DNA of 37,292 bases from a virus. Its lineage: Duplodnaviria > Caudoviricetes. Within the stretch, counting starts at the first letter, position 1, and each line of letters opens with the position of its first letter. The stretch covers positions 1-37,292 of the IMG/VR virus record IMGVR_UViG_3300036833_000266; one strand, 5' to 3'. Positions 32,080 through 37,292 of this stretch are shown here, piece after piece. Position numbers and translations under genes: made by a program. A model generated the notes under the pieces. That model was not told the DNA's origin, searched no databases, and was given only the letters and a program-made list of their open reading frames with translations.

Positions 32080-32735
32080 CCGCACTGGGCTTTGGCATGA
32101 CCGGAATGGAAGAACGGATTTGCCAGGTCGTCCGAGATCTCGCCGGTCGGTTTGATGAGATCACTTACATGGAAATCGGTGTAGGCGAAGGCACGACACT
32201 CACTGGCATTGCTCGGGAACTGAGAATGACCAAAAAGAAGTGGCGAGCAATCGGCCTGGAATTGCCAAACGGTTACTCGTTCGATCGTTTGCGGACGATG
32301 GAGATTGCAGCGAGAAGATCTCTTCCACTCACCTTCGTTCACCCTGAAACGATCGTGTATCCAGCCTGGGAACGAGTCATAGTCTATTTCAAGGATAGCC
32401 AAAGTTTTTTGACCGAGCATTGGAACGCTCCCATCCACCTGGCGCTGATTGACGGTTGCCATGGTAAACCGTGCGTCACCGCGGACTTTATCGCACTGGA
32501 AGCATTCATGGCAGATCAAGGCATCGTCATGTTCCACGATTTCAGCGAAGACCAATCCGGACATCCACAGCCGCATTGTGCCGGCGGCTGCGACGTTCGC
32601 GGTGCCTGTCGCGATCTTGGGTTATTAAGCGATCGCCGGGCCGGCTGGAGATTCACCGAGGCAATACCTGCGGACCGAACCAATGGCGGCTGGGACATGG
32701 GCGTTTTTACCAAACAACCACTTAAAAATGGCTAA
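32076..32735 (+). CDS. Class I SAM-dependent methyltransferase (Methyltransf_24-like)
   Basis: 'YMEIGVGEG.T', 'IHLALIDGCH', 'G.VMFHD'. Confidence 0.85.
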   Translation: MTALGFGMTGMEERICQVVRDLAGRFDEITYMEIGVGEGTTLTGIARELRMTKKKWRAIGLELPNGYSFDRLRTMEIAARRSLPLTFVHPETIVYPAWERVIVYFKDSQSFLTEHWNAPIHLALIDGCHGKPCVTADFIALEAFMADQGIVMFHDFSEDQSGHPQPHCAGGCDVRGACRDLGLLSDRRAGWRFTEAIPADRTNGGWDMGVFTKQPLKNG

Positions 32736-33420
32736 CTGGGTCATACTTAAAGGCACAGACGTCAGGCTGCTCGCAACGGAGCAGACCATAATGACGCAAG
32801 CCTCACCTCTTCAGAGCCTAGACAGTTGCGTTCTATCGGCTGAAAACGTGGCGCGAGGCTACGTCGCTGGCGGCGGCAATCCAATGGAACCGGAGCCGTC
32901 GATCCCGCCGGAATGCGTGGATGACGTCATCGCGATCGCACGGGCAACCTATCTCGCACAAGACCCGACCGGCACGTTGCTGACTCCAATCCGGCAAAAG
33001 GAACGCGACAACGCCTACCTGCACCTGAAAGACATCGCCAAAGAGATTTCGGCCATAACGCCAGCCGATCTTTCACTAACGGATACCGCACAGGAACTGA
33101 AGTACGGTAAATGGGGCAGTAAAACCTACTTCCCGATGCGCACTGATCCGATCCCTGCCCCTTCCCCACCGCCGCCAGCGCAACTGGACTGGTCATATCG
33201 TTCAACGATCGTGAGCTTGCGTGGGCCAGCGCAGCCGTCACTCGACAGCGTACTTACCACTTCGCTTCTTGTCTTGTCATTGATGGAAGTAGTGATTGGC
33301 AATCAGGCTCAGAGCTTCCAACTCCGGGCCGGCGCGGCTGATCCTCTGGATCCCGGCCAGGTTGCGCCCTTGGATTACAACCTGGCTACCAACAACAAAC
33401 ACTGGGCCAAAGTAGGATGA
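32728..33420 (+). CDS. Head-tail adaptor (Mu gp36/DUF1320-like) with extra C-terminal domain
   Basis: 'W.....DV...A...RGYV...IP.......IA.......R.....A...LKDIA', Pro linker PIPAPSPPPP, then ~75-aa beta domain. Confidence 0.65.
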   Translation: MANWVILKGTDVRLLATEQTIMTQASPLQSLDSCVLSAENVARGYVAGGGNPMEPEPSIPPECVDDVIAIARATYLAQDPTGTLLTPIRQKERDNAYLHLKDIAKEISAITPADLSLTDTAQELKYGKWGSKTYFPMRTDPIPAPSPPPPAQLDWSYRSTIVSLRGPAQPSLDSVLTTSLLVLSLMEVVIGNQAQSFQLRAGAADPLDPGQVAPLDYNLATNNKHWAKVG

Positions 33421-34193
33421 AAACCAAAAATCTCATCGTTGTCGGCCTGCTTGTTTCCGCACTACTCCTACGCGCGGATGAACCCATCATGCTCGGGACA
33501 AAAGATCACAAGGTGGTTAGCCCGACGACAATTGATTTCTCGAGCGCATTAGTATTGGGCTTGCCAATTTCCCCTTCGGCGTTGACCGAGACTAACGATA
33601 CAAATGTTACTCTCGCCCTCAGTGGAACTCCTGCCACATCACTGTTGGCTCCCGTAACAATTACGGCTGGATGGACAGGAACTCTCGCTACGTCCCGCGG
33701 CGGTCTAGGAAGTAGCATCGCGCCCAGTGTTGGACAGCAGGTTCGCGGTGTTCCAGGGAGCATTTTTGGAGCGTTCACGACCGCAATAACTACTGCTAAT
33801 CCAGCAAACCCTGTGAACACGACCAGCACGGCAGGCGTCATGGCCGGACTCAAGGTAGCATTTACGCCTAAATACAGCGGCAACGAATTAGTCATCGTTA
33901 CCGGTCGTGCAATGACAAGCGCGTTGAATTCGTATGGCACTATCCAGGTTTATTACGGCACAGGCACAGCACCGAATAATGGAGCGGCTATAACAGGAAC
34001 TGCAGTAGGTAATCCCATTATCAGCTCCAATATTCAAGCAGCAAACGACGTCATGCCTTTTACCGGTGTGGTAGTTGCCATGAATCTTACGATTGGCACG
34101 GTCTATTGGTTTGATCTTTCCCAAATGTCAAACATGGGAGGAACGACAACATTTAACCTTTACAGCATCAGCATGAATTTGATCGAACTATGA
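33417..34193 (+). CDS. Fibre/decoration-like protein with N-terminal signal peptide
   Basis: MKTKNLIVVGLLVSALLLRA-D; Thr/Gly-rich; 'GWTG.L...RGG.G' fibre motif. Confidence 0.6.
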   Translation: MKTKNLIVVGLLVSALLLRADEPIMLGTKDHKVVSPTTIDFSSALVLGLPISPSALTETNDTNVTLALSGTPATSLLAPVTITAGWTGTLATSRGGLGSSIAPSVGQQVRGVPGSIFGAFTTAITTANPANPVNTTSTAGVMAGLKVAFTPKYSGNELVIVTGRAMTSALNSYGTIQVYYGTGTAPNNGAAITGTAVGNPIISSNIQAANDVMPFTGVVVAMNLTIGTVYWFDLSQMSNMGGTTTFNLYSISMNLIEL

Positions 34194-35065
34194 GCCCGTT
34201 CAATCGCACTTTGCTTGTTGCAGCCGCGCTGCCCACAGCACAAGCCCGTACGGTGGTTGCGCTCCTGTGCGCTCAAGGAACAATCAAACATCCAAGCGAA
34301 CGAAAGCGGGACATTCTCCAGAAGAATTTTCATAGCTCAATCGTCCGTGTCCTTGGGTTTGCCAAGCACGAAACTTTGCGAAACGTCCATCGTCATCTTT
34401 ACACGCATCGGCCGCTGTTTGGACAAGACGAAGGCACTCCGGACCACCATGATTCGATGAAGATCGCTTTTGACTTGAGCGGCCTGGATCAGGATCTCAA
34501 TTCAACGTTACGCACAGAGATCCCGATAGTCCTTGCCGCTGGCGCACAAGACACACTCGACGCGGCTGGATATCGCGATCCGTGGAAACTGCCGGCGCAG
34601 GACACCTTGGATTTTATCGCCAATCGCCAGAACCTCCTTAGTAATGTGCCAGACGAGATCTACCAGCAAATTCAGAATGAACTGTCTACTGGACTTAACG
34701 CAGGCGAAACGCTGGCCCAGCTTTCAGCGCGGATCACCCAGGTCTTTGACGAGATCGAACAAGGCCGCGCGGATGTGATTGCAGCAACCGAGACTGCGGC
34801 AGCTTATGGTTACGCAAGTCAGCAAGCTGCGCTCGCAGCCGGGATCAAATACAAGAAATGGCTGCACAGCCCGATCCCGAAAGAACCGCGGCCGGATCAT
34901 ATTGCCATCGACGGTCTAATTGTCCCGATCGATGAGCCTTACCCTGTTGGTGACCCGCTGCTCATGTATCCACATGCACCAGACGGTTCTCCAGAAGACG
35001 TCATCAACTGCCGATGCATCTCAATTCCAGTAACTGAACAGGACTACCAGGCACAACAAAAATGA
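34190..35065 (+). CDS. Minor head protein (Mu gpF / SPP1 gp7-like)
   Basis: 'RA..IA.TET...KKW...R..H...DG...PIDEP...LMYP..P.G....VINCRC'. Confidence 0.9.
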   Translation: MSPFNRTLLVAAALPTAQARTVVALLCAQGTIKHPSERKRDILQKNFHSSIVRVLGFAKHETLRNVHRHLYTHRPLFGQDEGTPDHHDSMKIAFDLSGLDQDLNSTLRTEIPIVLAAGAQDTLDAAGYRDPWKLPAQDTLDFIANRQNLLSNVPDEIYQQIQNELSTGLNAGETLAQLSARITQVFDEIEQGRADVIAATETAAAYGYASQQAALAAGIKYKKWLHSPIPKEPRPDHIAIDGLIVPIDEPYPVGDPLLMYPHAPDGSPEDVINCRCISIPVTEQDYQAQQK

Positions 35066-35562
35066 GCACCGTTGATATCAAAGTCGACCTGCCACCGGAA
35101 AGTCAGGCACTGATTAGAGGTTTCCAAAAGCTGCCCGACGAAGTGCCACAGGCAATCAAACGCGGCATGGACAGAGCACTCCAAATTGTTCGCGGCCGCA
35201 TTCAAGAAAACCGTCTATCGGGCATAGGACCTTACCCGCCAGGAGAACGACGACTCGGAGAAGTTACTGGGCTACTCCGCGGCTCCGTACGCGCTGAACC
35301 CGCGGTGATTCAAGGGAACCAGGTGGTGGGATCGATCGGCACGAACGTTATCTACGGGAGGGTCCATGAATTTGGTATGACCATCTACCCGCGAGTTGCG
35401 AAATACCTGGTGTTCAAGATCGCAGGGAAAACAATTTTCGCGAAGAGATCTGTCATTCCGGAACGAGCCCCGTTCAGGACCGGTGTTACGGAAAACGTGG
35501 ACTTCATCGCCGGCGAAATCAGCGGCGAGATCGAGAAGTCACTTGAAAATCTCAGCAAATGA
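35062..35562 (+). CDS. Virion morphogenesis / tail-completion protein (Mu gpG / HK97 gp10-like)
   Basis: 'TGLLR.S...GTNV.Y..VHEFG...V.IPER.PF'. Confidence 0.8.
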   Translation: MSTVDIKVDLPPESQALIRGFQKLPDEVPQAIKRGMDRALQIVRGRIQENRLSGIGPYPPGERRLGEVTGLLRGSVRAEPAVIQGNQVVGSIGTNVIYGRVHEFGMTIYPRVAKYLVFKIAGKTIFAKRSVIPERAPFRTGVTENVDFIAGEISGEIEKSLENLSK

Positions 35563-36026
35563 GCAAGCTCGGCGATCTCCAGCAATCAATCATTCAGCGG
35601 CTTACCGCGCAGGATCCGGACATACCTTTACCAGTGCCGGCCAACGGAACGATTCAATGGATCACGGAAGACATCGGCGATTTCGCTAACATTATTGATC
35701 GAGCAGTCGGGAAGCTCGGGATCACTGGCATCGTGATGACACCACACGGCAAGCTCATCAAACTCGGCGAAGGACCTAACATAGCTTTTCACAGCCTCGT
35801 TGAAGTCCAGATTCAGGAGAACGTCACAATCAACCGCGGTGCCAGCGGGACGCAGGTCGCTGCACTTGCTCTCGCCGAGTTTTGCATGAAACGTCTTCAC
35901 TACTGGTGGCGCGACAACCAGAAGATCCGCCGCATCCAACTGGATGAGATTCCTTTCCTTCTAGTCGCAGAAGTTCCACTCCTCGTCTACAACGTCCGTT
36001 TTACCGCGCCGATCTCAATCCAATGA
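35559..36026 (+). CDS. Putative tail terminator / head-tail joining protein
   Basis: Size, position, and C-terminal 'YNVRF' strand. Confidence 0.5.
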   Translation: MSKLGDLQQSIIQRLTAQDPDIPLPVPANGTIQWITEDIGDFANIIDRAVGKLGITGIVMTPHGKLIKLGEGPNIAFHSLVEVQIQENVTINRGASGTQVAALALAEFCMKRLHYWWRDNQKIRRIQLDEIPFLLVAEVPLLVYNVRFTAPISIQ

Positions 36027-37285
36027 AGAAGATCCTGCTATTGCTGTTACTGAGCGTTGAATCGGTCCTGGGTCAGGCAGGGCGACCACCTGTAACGACT
36101 CTCTCAGGGTTAAGCGACGTCGCAATCACTTCGCCGACCAATGGTCAGTCGCTGATCTGGAACGCCGGTTCGACCCCACCCAAGTGGAACAACAGTAACA
36201 CGCTCACCGATACCAGAATCAGCAGTTCGACCATTGGCGGCGGCGGTCCGGTCGCTAATTTTTCAAACGCAACGCTGGTCAATCCAATTGGCACGATGAT
36301 CGATTGGTCAACCGGACTGAAATTCCCGGTACCCGTTCAGGATTCGACCGGGGCTAATAGCATTAACGCAAACGCTCGCCAGTTACTTCAGAACGACGGA
36401 ACAACTGTCGCCATTGATTACTCTGCGGGAGTTAAATTTCCGCAACTCACAAACACCAGTTCGACCTCTTTTCTACAAACCGATTCCACCGGAAAGGTCA
36501 TCGTCGCACTGGCGAGTTCCAGTATCCCTACAGGCGGCTCAATCGGGCAAGTCTTAACGAAGAACAGTCCAACTGATTATGACACAATCTGGACATCGCC
36601 GCCTGGGACCGGCACTGTCACTTCGTTTTCGGCTGGCCCGCTTTTCCCGCTTTTCACCACCTCAGTAACGAGCTACACGACTAGCCCGGCACTTTCATTC
36701 GTTCTTCAACCTGCCGCAGCAAATAGCTTTTTCGGTAACAACACCGGAGTAGCAACAGCCCCGGCATTTCAGACAATTGCTGCATCCAATCTGTCCAATG
36801 GAACTACTGGCACTGGCTCAGTGGTGCTCAACAATTCTCCGACATTGGTCGGCACTAACACCAACAGCAACGCGGCGGCAGGGCAGGTGGGTGAAACCGT
36901 TACCAGCGCACTGCCGTCAACTAGTGCAGTTGCCTATACCACCGCACAAACAAAAAACTTAACATCAATCAGTTTGACCGCTGGCGACTGGGATGTGCGC
37001 GGGAGCGCGATTTTCGTTCTGACCACTCTCCCGGCAAGCAGCGCGTTTCAATTGATAGCAAATATAAGCACTGTTACTGGCACAATCCCTGACGACGGTG
37101 AAGCGGGGGCAGGAATAGTGACATCAACAGCAACAGCCCTAACTGGCTCGCCAGGAACTGCGATTGCCCCGCGCAGATTAAGCCTAGCATCCACCACGAC
37201 CGTTTACCTGGTGGCAAGAGCACCAGCCTTCGGCAGCGGCACAGTCAGTGTTTACGGTTTTATCGAGGCAAGGAGGATGAGGTAA
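36023..37285 (+). CDS. Fibre-like protein with N-terminal signal peptide
   Basis: MKKILLLLLLSVESVLG-Q; fibre modules 'LSGLSDV.ITSPTNGQ.L.WN', 'PTGG..GQVL.KNS.TDYD..W', 'GTVTS', C-terminal 'NAAAG.VGE...SISLTAGDWDV...ARR.R'. Confidence 0.7.
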   Translation: MKKILLLLLLSVESVLGQAGRPPVTTLSGLSDVAITSPTNGQSLIWNAGSTPPKWNNSNTLTDTRISSSTIGGGGPVANFSNATLVNPIGTMIDWSTGLKFPVPVQDSTGANSINANARQLLQNDGTTVAIDYSAGVKFPQLTNTSSTSFLQTDSTGKVIVALASSSIPTGGSIGQVLTKNSPTDYDTIWTSPPGTGTVTSFSAGPLFPLFTTSVTSYTTSPALSFVLQPAAANSFFGNNTGVATAPAFQTIAASNLSNGTTGTGSVVLNNSPTLVGTNTNSNAAAGQVGETVTSALPSTSAVAYTTAQTKNLTSISLTAGDWDVRGSAIFVLTTLPASSAFQLIANISTVTGTIPDDGEAGAGIVTSTATALTGSPGTAIAPRRLSLASTTTVYLVARAPAFGSGTVSVYGFIEARRMR

Positions 37286-37292
37286 CTAACGT

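Noticed and set aside
1-37292. Diversity-generating retroelement, retron, intein or transposase
   Set aside because: No reverse-transcriptase, intein or DDE motifs and no adenine-variant repeat pair seen by eye; the missing part of the genome cannot be judged.

Overview
The whole window is a temperate tailed-phage genome, circularly permuted and incomplete: it starts inside the tape-measure gene and ends among the neck/fibre genes, so the tail tube and most of the TMP lie outside. Gene order: GTA/lambda-like tail tip (Dit-hub fusion, NlpC/P60, central tip protein); a 2-gene leftward moron; a lysis cassette with a GH75-like enzyme; a non-coding, repeat-rich gap; two rightward early operons in DNA packed with GGCC/CCGG/GATC palindromes; a long leftward replication/recombination operon; a switch of three ribbon-helix-helix genes; a tyrosine integrase with an intact attP matching the 3' end of initiator tRNA-Met; a rightward middle operon with a triple C2H2 zinc-finger protein; and a Mu-like head module with no transposase. 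The head module includes a single DUF6582-protease-scaffold-capsid gene followed by GT9 glycosyltransferase, a Tad1-like protein, a methyltransferase and two fibre-like proteins with signal peptides. A PVC-superphylum host (probably Verrucomicrobiota) is inferred, not proven. The best candidate for a new system is a regulon built on a 13-bp palindrome (GCTAACnGTTAGC, six copies in three pairs, five of them exactly placed relative to leaderless 16-bp-spacer promoters or a start codon), with an unannotated 53-aa basic ORF (21502-21663) as candidate autoregulated repressor. All family calls are motif recognition by eye; no searches were run.
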